A stretch of DNA of 32,000 bases from contig JBGQBI010000001.1 of the NCBI GenBank assembly GCA_041494705.1, positions 390,001-422,000 of the forward strand, written 5' to 3'. Each line of letters begins with the position of its first letter. Position 1 is the stretch's first letter. The notes beneath the pieces are model-generated. The model made no database searches. It was not told where the DNA came from and worked only from the letters and a program-made list of their open reading frames with translations. This document shows, piece after piece, positions 1 to 8,692 of this stretch. A program made the translations under genes and the position numbers. Source of the stretch: Candidatus Methanoperedens sp. (GTDB lineage Archaea; Halobacteriota; Methanosarcinia; Methanosarcinales; Methanoperedenaceae).

Positions 1-478
1 GTCCCATCTAAAGCGCATCAGAACCATAGCCGACTACCAGTTTGGTCTCGGCGCCGGCGAAGCTCTTTTCCCTGACAACGTGGAATTCAAGTTCTCAACA
101 ACAAAAAGAATCCGCCAGATACTGCTTGATAATAACCGGATAGCCACAATCAGGGCAAAGGACGGCATGCTTACACTCAGCATCATGGGCGCAGGGAAGC
201 TTCATGGATTAATTGGCTATCCCGGTCGCAGGGTAGTAGTTAACAGCGATGCTGCGCCTTTCGTGGCGAAGGGCAAAACCGCTTTTTCGCGGCATGTGGT
301 TGCTGTTGACCCTGATGTCAGGGCTGGCGAGGAAGTTCTCGTGGTGGATGAAAACGACCGCCTGCTCGCTACAGGGAAAGCCGTGCTGTCTCCACTTGAA
401 ATGCTCGCGTTCAAGAAGGGCATTGCTGTGGATGTGAGGAACGGGATAGAAACCGGGGATAAAACCGATAGTGAGTGA
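1..478 (+). CDS. PUA-domain RNA-binding protein, C-terminal part (5' end lies outside the window)
   Basis: The frame of ORF 80..478 stays open back to base 2 (SHLKRIRTIADYQFGLGAGEALFPDNVEFKF...). It shows a pre-PUA/PUA-like pattern (ADYQFG, VVVNSDAAPFVAKGKTAFSRHV, AGEEVLVVDENDRLLATGKAVLS) as in ArcTGT/ArcS-type C-terminal domains. Confidence 0.6.
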   Translation, partial: SHLKRIRTIADYQFGLGAGEALFPDNVEFKFSTTKRIRQILLDNNRIATIRAKDGMLTLSIMGAGKLHGLIGYPGRRVVVNSDAAPFVAKGKTAFSRHVVAVDPDVRAGEEVLVVDENDRLLATGKAVLSPLEMLAFKKGIAVDVRNGIETGDKTDSE

Positions 479-484
479 ACTAAT

Positions 485-558
485 TCACCGCTGAGGCGCA
501 AAGACCGCAAAGGACACAGCTATTGTCCAACTCAGCGTCCTCTGCGTCTTTGCGGTGA
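485..558. repeat. Imperfect palindromic intergenic repeat, copy A, a permuted relative of the 18440 and 23013 elements
   Basis: Left arm tcaccgctgaggcgcaaagaccgcaaagg (485-513). The reverse complement of the right arm (533-558) reads tcaccgcaaagacgcagaggacgctg. Both arms resemble the arms of copies B and C and consist of CGCARAGG-like sub-repeats. Confidence 0.6.
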
Positions 559-607
559 TTTAACTCGTACCTCTATTTTATTACTCTGGGTTATCTACTC
601 GCATGGT

Positions 608-622
608 AAATATTATATATAG
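608..622 (+). promoter_or_regulatory. TATA-like box upstream of the thrC-like gene
   Basis: aaatattatatatag lies about 30-45 nt upstream of the ATG at 652. A GGTGA SD-like motif sits at 642-646. Confidence 0.35.
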
Positions 623-651
623 TAATGTTGTATTATGCCTCGGTGAAGTTA

Positions 652-1926
652 ATGAGTCACGTTATCGGATTGAAATGCAGGGAATGCGGCGCCGAGTACC
701 CTGCGGTTATCCAGAATACATGTTATGAGTGCTTTGGCCCCCTTGAAGTCAATTACGACTGGGATTATATTTCTAACCATATCAGCAAAGAGAAAATCGC
801 AGCAGGCCCGAAATCCATATGGAGATACGCAGACCTCCTGCCCCTTGAATCCGAAAAACGCATCGACCTCGGTGCGGGTTTCAATAAGCTTCATCACGCA
901 GACCGCCTTGGCGCGGTGCTTGGCCTTGATGAACTTTATATCCTTGATGAATCCGTGAATCCCACCAACTCCTTTAAAGACAGGGTGACATCGGTAGCTA
1001 TATCAAAAGCAATCGAATTCGATGTAAAAGCCGTGGGATGCGCAAGCACGGGCAACCTCGCGGCAGCCGTAGGGGCGCACGCAGCGAAGGCAGGATTGCC
1101 AGCTTATATTTTCATCCCTGCCACAATCGAGCTTGGCAAGATTGTCCAGATGCTCATCTACGGCCCCAACGTCGTCGCGGTGGAAGGCACGTACGACGAC
1201 GCCAACCGCCTTGCAAGCGAGGTGGCAGACTCGCATCCTGACTGGGCTTTTGTGAATATAAATATCCGTCCTTATTATACTGAAGGTTCCAAGACGCTGG
1301 CTTATGAAACGGCTGAGCAGTTGAAATGGCAGGTTCCCGACCATATCGTGGCTCCAATGGCAAGCGGGGCGCTGCTGTGTGCCATTTCGCGCGGGTACAA
1401 GGAACTTGAACGTGTTGGCCTTGTGGACAAAGCGGATGTCAGGATTTCAGGGTCGCAGCCGCTCAATTGTTCACCAATATCCTGCGCTGTCCAGCATAAT
1501 AGCGAAGTAATCCCGGTGAGAAACTTCGAGACAGTGGCGCACAGCCTTGCGATAGGCAATCCGGCTGACGGGTACTATGCAAAGAAGACAATCCTGGATT
1601 CAGGCGGCTATGCGGCAACACCTACCGATACCGAAATCATTGAAGCAATACATCTTCTTGCAAGGACTGAAGGCATATTCACAGAACCCGCAGGAGGCAC
1701 TACCATCGCGGGTTTACAGAAACTTGTTGAAAGCGGACACATACAGCACGATGAACGCGTCGTGGTCTATGTTACAGGAAATGGTCTCAAGGCGCAGGAG
1801 ACATTACTTAAATCATTGCAGCGCCCGCCTGTTATTAAGCCCATGCTGAGCGAGTTTGAAAAACTCACCGCGCCCGGCATTGATATTCATAAACAGCAAG
1901 TGGCTTCACCCCTTGCGCATTCCTAA
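652..1926 (+). CDS. thrC: Threonine synthase family PLP enzyme with an N-terminal zinc ribbon (ThrC-like; possibly a sulfur-carrier-dependent homocysteine synthase)
   Basis: PLP-lysine motif NPTNSFKDR, CRECG...CYEC ribbon and full-length ThrC-like sequence. The start was moved from 625 to the ATG at 652 because of the TATA-like box at 608-622 and the GGTGA 5 nt upstream. 625 remains possible. Confidence 0.85.
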   Translation: MSHVIGLKCRECGAEYPAVIQNTCYECFGPLEVNYDWDYISNHISKEKIAAGPKSIWRYADLLPLESEKRIDLGAGFNKLHHADRLGAVLGLDELYILDESVNPTNSFKDRVTSVAISKAIEFDVKAVGCASTGNLAAAVGAHAAKAGLPAYIFIPATIELGKIVQMLIYGPNVVAVEGTYDDANRLASEVADSHPDWAFVNINIRPYYTEGSKTLAYETAEQLKWQVPDHIVAPMASGALLCAISRGYKELERVGLVDKADVRISGSQPLNCSPISCAVQHNSEVIPVRNFETVAHSLAIGNPADGYYAKKTILDSGGYAATPTDTEIIEAIHLLARTEGIFTEPAGGTTIAGLQKLVESGHIQHDERVVVYVTGNGLKAQETLLKSLQRPPVIKPMLSEFEKLTAPGIDIHKQQVASPLAHS

Positions 1927-1937
1927 AGGTGATACAA

Positions 1938-2213
1938 ATGGTCAAAATAAGATTTTCATCTGCATTGAGCAATGTTACCCATGCTCGCGAAACGATTCTG
2001 GAACTTGGCGATACGACAGTTAAAACCGTGCTGGATAAATTAGTTGAACAATTCGGCCCGGATTTTGAGCGCCGTATCCTTGACAAAGGTGAAGTGCGGC
2101 GGTTTGTCAACCTGTACGTGAACGGCGAGGACATCAGGCATTTAAATGGCCTGGCAAGCCCTGTGAAGGATGCAGACGAGATATCGATACTCCCGGCCGT
2201 GAGCGGCGGATAA
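1938..2213 (+). CDS. MoaD/ThiS-family ubiquitin-like sulfur carrier protein (C-terminal GG)
   Basis: A 91-aa protein, MVKIRF...ISILPAVSGG*, with the typical MoaD length and C-terminal Gly-Gly. The SD aaaggtga overlaps the thrC stop, and the ATG follows 5 nt after the SD. Confidence 0.8.
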   Translation: MVKIRFSSALSNVTHARETILELGDTTVKTVLDKLVEQFGPDFERRILDKGEVRRFVNLYVNGEDIRHLNGLASPVKDADEISILPAVSGG

Positions 2214-2224
2214 GACTTATCTTT

Positions 2225-4078
2225 TCATTTTTTAAAACGTCTTACCATCAATACAGCCGCTATCGCAGCAATCGCTTCAAATGCCGGAACTGCTCTTGTT
2301 TTTTGTGTCTGTGCAGTTGTTGTCGGCACTATAAGCTCAGGCACATAAGGGGTAATGGTGGGTTTTGCAGGTTTTTTATCCGATGCTACGGCATGGGAAT
2401 TTAGAACAACCAGGGTTTTTGCTACCATTTTCGCATATGAATACTGGGAAATCTTGTCGAAAGGATCTGTCATGGTTTCGGCATATTCATACGCGCTTAC
2501 CGCAAGCGTGGGCTCTACACCGTTCATCCTTGCTTCGTTTATTGCAGCTTCCGCATCACTGGCGCTCTGTTCTATCTTTTTGTTCGCATCCTGAACCCCC
2601 AATAACCCTATGGCTGTACTTGATTTCACAGTGATCTGAAGGGAGTCGAAAATCGCACCTGAATAATACCCGTGCTGCATCTCCTGCTGGGCGAGGTTTA
2701 TACTATTATCGTCTGAAACGACTGGATGCCCGCTGCTTTCTGTCAGCAGTGCCTGCACGTAGGTACTGATTGATTGCGCCTGGCTCAGGTACCAGCCCGC
2801 GCGGTCTTTTAATGTACTTTCAGGTATGATTTTCCCGGTGGGCTCTGCAAGCGTCAGCCACCACTGGGCTGTGCGCGCCCTTTCATTTGCAAAAGCAAGC
2901 GACTGGATTTTTTCTGCCGAATCATTAAGGCTTTTTGCCTCTTCCAGTTTTGCTCTTGCAGCCGTTATCCTGGATTCAGCCGCGCCGACGGCTCCTACAT
3001 CGCTTACTCCAAACAGTTTAAAGTTATCAAGGTCTTTCTCTGAACTCTGTATCTGGTTTTCAACACTATTGACAAGCCCGGTAAGATATTGTTCTTTATC
3101 TGGAGCTTTGCCGTATCCGTAATTCCACTGTGCAATACGCATGTCTATAATGGAATTAAAGTAAAGAGATGTCGCTGCATAATATTTCTTCCCGGCATAC
3201 ATGTTATTCGCATTCGTCTGGATTTGTTTTGCCTGCTTCAGGAAAATGTCATCCGGAACCAGAGATACCGTTCCATTATACATATTGCCGGATTCGTTTT
3301 TTAATCTTGCAGCAAGAGGTTTGAGCAGCTCAAGATAATCCGGGGTAAGGATGGTACCATTGAATATTGGTATATTGATTTCATGACCTGTAAAAACCAG
3401 AACAGCTTCCTGGATTGTACCCACTTCATTTACAGTAACATTTAATTTTTTCCCAAGTAAAACCACATCAACGTTTTCTGTCTTTACCTGGTTGATAATA
3501 AAAGGACCGTTTGTTTTGCTGGTAGTATTCTGGATGGTAACCGTGCTCTGCCCCTGCGGTATGAGGAAAATTGTTGCATTTTTAGCTGCCGCAGCCTCAA
3601 GTTTGTAAGGAATACCGCCCACCGGTCCTATCGACTCATCCGGGTTTATCATGCCGGTCATGACAACGCCCGGTTTCAGGGTCCAGTTGTTTATGGCCGC
3701 AATTGTAGCTACGGTCAGCGCCCCGCCTGCTGACGGTCCTCCAATGATAGGCGAACTGATATCAATAATATAATAAAAATCATACGCTCTTTCGTCTATG
3801 CCTAATACGTCAGAAGCCACCATGGCGGCAAGCCTTGCCGACCCCTGGAGGTCAACCTGCGTGTATGGGTTTGTGTCCACAAAAACATGACCTGTGCCGT
3901 TGGTGACTATCACCTGGGCGGTCAGAAGAACCCCTTCATCCCCGCTATCTGTGCTTCTATCTGCCACAAGCGGGATTGAAACCCCATCTTCAAGTGCATG
4001 AACTCCATTTAAACTAACCAAAAACACTAAAAATAGCAATAAGAATTTATTGAACATATTTATTTCCCAAATACTCAT
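2225..4078 (-). CDS. Secreted S16 (Lon C-terminal-type) serine protease with a PGF-CTERM-like anchor
   Basis: N-terminal signal peptide (FNKFLLLFLVFLVSLNGVHA). Lon proteolytic-domain motifs GGPSAGGALTVATIAA (Ser) and GGIPYKLEAAAAKNATIFLIP (Lys). No AAA+ domain. Thr-rich linker followed by PAFEAIAAIAAVLMVRRFKK at the C-terminus. An alternative start lies at 4057. Confidence 0.75.
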   Translation of the reverse strand: MSIWEINMFNKFLLLFLVFLVSLNGVHALEDGVSIPLVADRSTDSGDEGVLLTAQVIVTNGTGHVFVDTNPYTQVDLQGSARLAAMVASDVLGIDERAYDFYYIIDISSPIIGGPSAGGALTVATIAAINNWTLKPGVVMTGMINPDESIGPVGGIPYKLEAAAAKNATIFLIPQGQSTVTIQNTTSKTNGPFIINQVKTENVDVVLLGKKLNVTVNEVGTIQEAVLVFTGHEINIPIFNGTILTPDYLELLKPLAARLKNESGNMYNGTVSLVPDDIFLKQAKQIQTNANNMYAGKKYYAATSLYFNSIIDMRIAQWNYGYGKAPDKEQYLTGLVNSVENQIQSSEKDLDNFKLFGVSDVGAVGAAESRITAARAKLEEAKSLNDSAEKIQSLAFANERARTAQWWLTLAEPTGKIIPESTLKDRAGWYLSQAQSISTYVQALLTESSGHPVVSDDNSINLAQQEMQHGYYSGAIFDSLQITVKSSTAIGLLGVQDANKKIEQSASDAEAAINEARMNGVEPTLAVSAYEYAETMTDPFDKISQYSYAKMVAKTLVVLNSHAVASDKKPAKPTITPYVPELIVPTTTAQTQKTRAVPAFEAIAAIAAVLMVRRFKK

Positions 4079-4103
4079 ATATTAGATAAAATACTTAAAA
4101 CCA

Positions 4104-4994
4104 ATGTTTATGCACCTCCAAGACCCTTATAATATCCCATACAAAGGTATTTACGCAGTAGCAGACCGCAAAAACGAATATGTGGAACTAATGGAACATT
4201 CCAGCTGCTATGGGGGTTCGGCGTGGGCTTTGTACCATTATTCCAAAAGCCCGCTCGTCATGAAAAGCCGCGCCGTTGGGGATATGATGCGTTACCTTGT
4301 AAAAACCGGGACTTCATCTCTTGCCCTCCAATCTTCAACAGCAGCCGCTGGTATTGAATCTGTCCTTGTAAATGATGACGAGATAGAAATAACCTACAGC
4401 GGTCTTGGAGGCGGCGGCGTGGGCGCAACAACATGCAGGGCTTATGCGAAGGGCGTTCTGCGATGCGATATTACAGAGTCAGGCGGAGGAAAGCGTGCAA
4501 GTGGCACAATTGTCATCCCGCGAAGGGAGAGGGTGCTTGTCGGAATCGATAATACCGACTCAAAAGAGGTTGGAGCGACATGGACGCTGGCGCACAATAT
4601 CGCAGATGCGGTTGATTCAAATGAGCATAAATATATCTCCCATACCCTTGTCCAGCTTTATCCTGTTCCAGACAAAACACAGAACTGTGTGGCTACCGTA
4701 CTTGAATTTGCCTGCACACCGGGTGCGAGGGAAGAATTGCTTGGTAAGATAAAAGAAGGGCTCCTGGAATACAGCGTCTCGCCTGAGACCGGGATGGTGG
4801 CATTATCGGATTTTGATGCTTCCGCTCTTATGGAATACAGCAGGCTTTGCAGAAGCAAAATGATTACAAAAGAACTTACTTTAAAGACCGCGCAGGAGAA
4901 CAATGTTGAGATTTGTATCGGGGGCAAAGGCATCATAGGCGCACTCGCTGCGCTCCCCTGGTTTTCACGAAATGATGAATCGGTGGTTTTGTGA
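4104..4994 (+). CDS. Conserved hypothetical protein; the central GIDNTDS...GATWTLA motif resembles the N-terminal (DUF1743/TiaS-type) domain
   Basis: A 296-aa ORF whose stop overlaps the next gene's start by 4 nt (GTGA). VLVGIDNTDSKEVGATWTLAHNIA resembles the TiaS N-terminus IGIDDTDSxxGMCTTY. The family assignment is uncertain. Confidence 0.6.
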   Translation: MFMHLQDPYNIPYKGIYAVADRKNEYVELMEHSSCYGGSAWALYHYSKSPLVMKSRAVGDMMRYLVKTGTSSLALQSSTAAAGIESVLVNDDEIEITYSGLGGGGVGATTCRAYAKGVLRCDITESGGGKRASGTIVIPRRERVLVGIDNTDSKEVGATWTLAHNIADAVDSNEHKYISHTLVQLYPVPDKTQNCVATVLEFACTPGAREELLGKIKEGLLEYSVSPETGMVALSDFDASALMEYSRLCRSKMITKELTLKTAQENNVEICIGGKGIIGALAALPWFSRNDESVVL

Positions 4995-6439
4995 ACGGTC
5001 TGTATGCAGTGGTTTCTGCGCTTCGGGATAGCGGCGTTAAAAATGTGACTGGAGTTCCTGGTTTTCCGATAACAGAGCTCATGGAAGCGATACATGAAAA
5101 AATCAATCACGAATGGTCTGTCAATGAAAAGGTTGCGCTTGAAATAGCGCTTGGTTCATCGGTATGCGGGGAACGCAGTGCCGTCATTACAAAACATGTT
5201 GGGATGAATATACTTGCAGACCCGCTTGTGACTTCGGCAACGCATACGATAGGGGCAGGCATGGTTATAATTGCCGGCGACGACCCCGGAGTACAGAAGT
5301 CCCAGAACGAGCAGGATTCAAGATTTTACGGGCTGGTTGCCGAGGTTCCTGTATTTGACCCTTCGACGCCCGAAGCCGCCTACCTTTGCATTAAAGAAGC
5401 ATTTCATTTATCAGAAAAAGTGAAAACTCCTGTAATCATCAGGCTTACAGACCGATTACTGAAAGAAGAAGGTAAAATTACGAGGAAGAAAAGCGCATCA
5501 AATACTGCGTTGCCTCTTGATAAGAAAATTTGGAAGCTGACGATGCAGGGCAAACACCAGCGATTCCACAGGGAGTCGTTCCCTGAAATGTATGAGTATG
5601 CCGAAAATTCAAAACTGAACACATATACAAAAAAAGGCGATATCGGAATAATTTCATCAGGTTTTCCCGCATCTCTTGTTGATTCCATCGTATCCCCCAA
5701 TTTTTCCCATCTTTCCCTCACAATTGTTAATCCCCTGCCTCTTGATTTGATTAACCGCTTCATAAGCGGGCATAAGCGCATTCTGGTTGTGGAAGAAACC
5801 GAACCCGTTATTGAAAAACAGCTTTCAGGAAAGGTATTGGGGAAACTGACGGGGCACCTGCCATACGGAATTGTTGAAATAAAGGATATCCAGAAAGCGA
5901 TTGGGAATATTAAGAAAGATAATGTGACGGGCAAAATAACCCCGGAGACTATAAAAAAGCGGGGAGCCCGTCCTTTATGCGAAGACTGCCCGTACCTGCC
6001 ATTGTATAATGCTGTGAAAGAGCAAAACGTGCCAGTCGCGGGCGACCTCGGCTGCTCCGTATTGACCTCATCACCGCCGCTATCACTTCTTGACGCCGCT
6101 TTCTCCCTCGGCTCATCTATTGGAACAGCCTGCGGTTTTAACAGGAAGGGGATTGCGATTATCGGTGATTTTGGTCTTGCGCATTCAGGAATCCAGGGAC
6201 TTATCAACGCAGTCCATAACGGGCATGAAGTGGTGGTGATTGTCCTGCAGAACGAAGTGGCTGCCATGACAGGCGGTCAGGCTGTTCCGGATTTGACAGA
6301 ACTTGTCAGGTCTTATATCAACGATACTGAGATAATAGACCCCCAGTCTGATATTGATATGAAAGCCCTGCTTGAAAAAAAACTCAAAGCTAAAGGGGTT
6401 TCCGTGCTCCTGGCAAGAGCGAGATGCCCGAGATTCTAA
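4991..6439 (+). CDS. Indolepyruvate:ferredoxin oxidoreductase alpha-subunit-like TPP protein lacking the ferredoxin domain
   Basis: EWSVNEKVALE, GDDPGVQKSQNEQDSRFY (IorA signature) and the TPP motif GDFGLAHSGIQGLINAVHNGHEVVVIVLQNEVAAMTGGQ. Only one CxxC (CEDCPY), 482 aa, GTG start. Confidence 0.75.
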   Translation: MNGLYAVVSALRDSGVKNVTGVPGFPITELMEAIHEKINHEWSVNEKVALEIALGSSVCGERSAVITKHVGMNILADPLVTSATHTIGAGMVIIAGDDPGVQKSQNEQDSRFYGLVAEVPVFDPSTPEAAYLCIKEAFHLSEKVKTPVIIRLTDRLLKEEGKITRKKSASNTALPLDKKIWKLTMQGKHQRFHRESFPEMYEYAENSKLNTYTKKGDIGIISSGFPASLVDSIVSPNFSHLSLTIVNPLPLDLINRFISGHKRILVVEETEPVIEKQLSGKVLGKLTGHLPYGIVEIKDIQKAIGNIKKDNVTGKITPETIKKRGARPLCEDCPYLPLYNAVKEQNVPVAGDLGCSVLTSSPPLSLLDAAFSLGSSIGTACGFNRKGIAIIGDFGLAHSGIQGLINAVHNGHEVVVIVLQNEVAAMTGGQAVPDLTELVRSYINDTEIIDPQSDIDMKALLEKKLKAKGVSVLLARARCPRF

Positions 6440-6575
6440 AGACTGTATTTCATTGATATTCTCGTTCAGCGAAAAAAATATCAGGACTCTACACACAGTC
6501 TGAAAAAGGGGAAAGGTATATGAATAAACGGAATTATTGTGGAGTCAAACAAATACTTTGGAGGATATAGATTAC

Positions 6576-6752
6576 ATGGGAAAAACAGGTACAACAAAAT
6601 GGGGCAGGGTTAAAGGCAGGAAGGGAAATGTAATAATGGTTCCCGAATCCGAACTCGCATACAAGCGCCCCGGCCCTGCGCAGCGATACACTTCAGATGG
6701 CGCAAAGCGCAAAAAGATAGCACGCTCGCCAAAAGCGCTAGTCAAAGCATAG
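6576..6752 (+). CDS. Small basic hypothetical protein (58 aa)
   Basis: GGAGGA lies 10 nt upstream of the ATG at 6576. The protein is Lys/Arg-rich (MGKTGTTKWGRVKGRKG...). I recognise no family. Confidence 0.45.
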   Translation: MGKTGTTKWGRVKGRKGNVIMVPESELAYKRPGPAQRYTSDGAKRKKIARSPKALVKA

Positions 6753-6806
6753 TTTTTTGATATTAGATGGATTGCCTTTGGCGTCTATCTATTTTCGGTT
6801 TCTGAC

Positions 6807-7682
6807 ATGATGTTAGAACCTCCCCGATTCTTTTTCAGTGAAAACATTATCCTATATCTCCAGGGCTTTGGAAGTCCATTTCTTGATATAATATTCAAAG
6901 CCATTACAACTGCGGGCAGCGAACCTGCGTATATCTTTTTAGCATCGCTCATTTTCTGGTGTTTCAGTAAGAAAACAGGCATAAGAGCAATGTATGTTAT
7001 TCTTTTTTCAGCATTTGCCGCAATTTTATTAAAAAACCTGTTCAGTATGCCAAGACCGCCCGGATATCTTCATAAAATAGAGGAGAATGGATTCGGGTTC
7101 CCCAGCGGCCATGCGCAGGTCTCATCAGGGTTCTGGGGATACCTGGGATGCAAAATCCAAAATAAGTGGATAGTATTTGCGGGTGCTGTGGCGATTTTGT
7201 CTATTTCTTTATCCAGAGTTTATCTGGGTGTCCACTATGCCGGCGATGTTATAGGGGGAATCATATTCGGTTTAATGGTGGCATTAATATCCTTCAAAGC
7301 AGAACCCCGGATAATCAATAAATTAGGAAAACTGAATCGCAGTTCAAAATATTTTGCTGCCGTGGCGCTGCCCATGATATTGGTTGCAATAGGATACATA
7401 CAGCATGGTCTTTTAACTGAACAGCTTGAGATAGGACTGGTAATGGGAAGTATCGGTGTTGGCTACCTGCTTGAAGAAGAATATGTGAAACTTCAGGATG
7501 CGGAAAATAATATGCAGAGGATTAGAAGAGCTATTGTGGGAATTGTGATTGTGGGAGTTATTTATCTCATTTCAGGCAAATTGCTGTTAATAGACCAGAA
7601 TTTTATTTTTTTCAAGTACCCGGCGCTTGGTATTTCTTCGACTTTCCTCGCCCCATGGATATTTAAAAAGATTGAATCTTAA
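6807..7682 (+). CDS. PAP2-family membrane phosphatase
   Basis: All three acid-phosphatase motifs are present: KNLFSMPRPP, PSGHA and SRVYLGVHYAGDV. The protein has multiple TM helices. Confidence 0.8.
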   Translation: MMLEPPRFFFSENIILYLQGFGSPFLDIIFKAITTAGSEPAYIFLASLIFWCFSKKTGIRAMYVILFSAFAAILLKNLFSMPRPPGYLHKIEENGFGFPSGHAQVSSGFWGYLGCKIQNKWIVFAGAVAILSISLSRVYLGVHYAGDVIGGIIFGLMVALISFKAEPRIINKLGKLNRSSKYFAAVALPMILVAIGYIQHGLLTEQLEIGLVMGSIGVGYLLEEEYVKLQDAENNMQRIRRAIVGIVIVGVIYLISGKLLLIDQNFIFFKYPALGISSTFLAPWIFKKIES

Positions 7683-8518
7683 AAATCAAAAATAGACCTG
7701 AAAACCAGGAGAATATTTCGTTTCCTTTCCCGTATCCGCCGTAAAGAATATGGGAACCAGTTCTTTCCATAAGGAATATAATCGACGACGGTAAGACCTT
7801 TCTTCACAAGTTCTTTCTTTAATTCTTCCCTTACTCCCAGAAGCATCTGGAATTCAATCCTCTTGCGATGAGCATCGTTAGCGACAAGCGCCTCGTTTAT
7901 CAAAAGGTCGTCATGGGTTGCGATTGCAAAAAACAGGCTCTTATAGAACAGGTATCCCATGAGCTTTGAGTAATTGATTGTTATATCTTTCCGGCTTGTA
8001 TATGCGATATCACTTTTTTCACTATAAGCGCCTTTCACCAGGCGGATTATACCGCCTGATGCCGCTATTCTCCTGACATCGCTATCGCTTCTTTTCAGGT
8101 TGGACTGGATAGCCACTCCAACGTTTTTGAATTTTTTAAAAACTTCAAGGTAAATGTAAATGGTATCTTCTGTATAGGGCGAGTTCTCCATGTCTATCCA
8201 GACAAAGATATTTTTTGAGGCAGCGCTGCCCACAATCTTTTCCACATTTGATAAACAAAAGTTTTTTTCAATCTCAAGCCCAAGTTGTGTGAGTTTTATG
8301 GATAGGGATGCATTGAGCTTTGAGTCTTCGATGGCTTTCAGGATTCTCTGGTTTTCTTCTATATTTTTTTTTGCTTCGTCTTCATCCCTGACATGTTCAC
8401 CGAGGAAATTGATGATGCCGCCTATCCCGGAATTGTTTGCTTTTCGGGTGCGTGAAATGGCGTCATCTAAGGTCTCCCCTGCAATCCACTGGCGTGCGAA
8501 CTTGATCAGGAAGCTCAT
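7679..8518 (-). CDS. Proline dehydrogenase family protein
   Basis: INFLGEHV, IRLVKGAY, FQMLLGVRE and YIPYGKNWFPYSLRRIRERKRN match the PutA-type proline dehydrogenase barrel. Confidence 0.7.
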   Translation of the reverse strand: MSFLIKFARQWIAGETLDDAISRTRKANNSGIGGIINFLGEHVRDEDEAKKNIEENQRILKAIEDSKLNASLSIKLTQLGLEIEKNFCLSNVEKIVGSAASKNIFVWIDMENSPYTEDTIYIYLEVFKKFKNVGVAIQSNLKRSDSDVRRIAASGGIIRLVKGAYSEKSDIAYTSRKDITINYSKLMGYLFYKSLFFAIATHDDLLINEALVANDAHRKRIEFQMLLGVREELKKELVKKGLTVVDYIPYGKNWFPYSLRRIRERKRNILLVFRSIFDF

Positions 8519-8692
8519 CCATTCTGAAAATGAATCCGGTCATACTTAAGAGCTGCGATTATGATTTAAGAAATACACTATCTTTGGATCAGGGTTAATT
8601 TGGGTATAATACTGGGAAATCCATTTAAATTGTAATGTAAAAAATACTATGTTTGTCTGGAGCAGCTGACTGATGTCCGAAAAGGTGATTCA

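Noticed and set aside
5404-6267. A 287-aa ORF antisense to the IorA-like gene
   Set aside because: Its composition is low-complexity and Ser/Pro/Phe-rich, typical of the shadow frame of a real gene. The sense strand has clear IorA motifs. There is no SD or recognisable domain.
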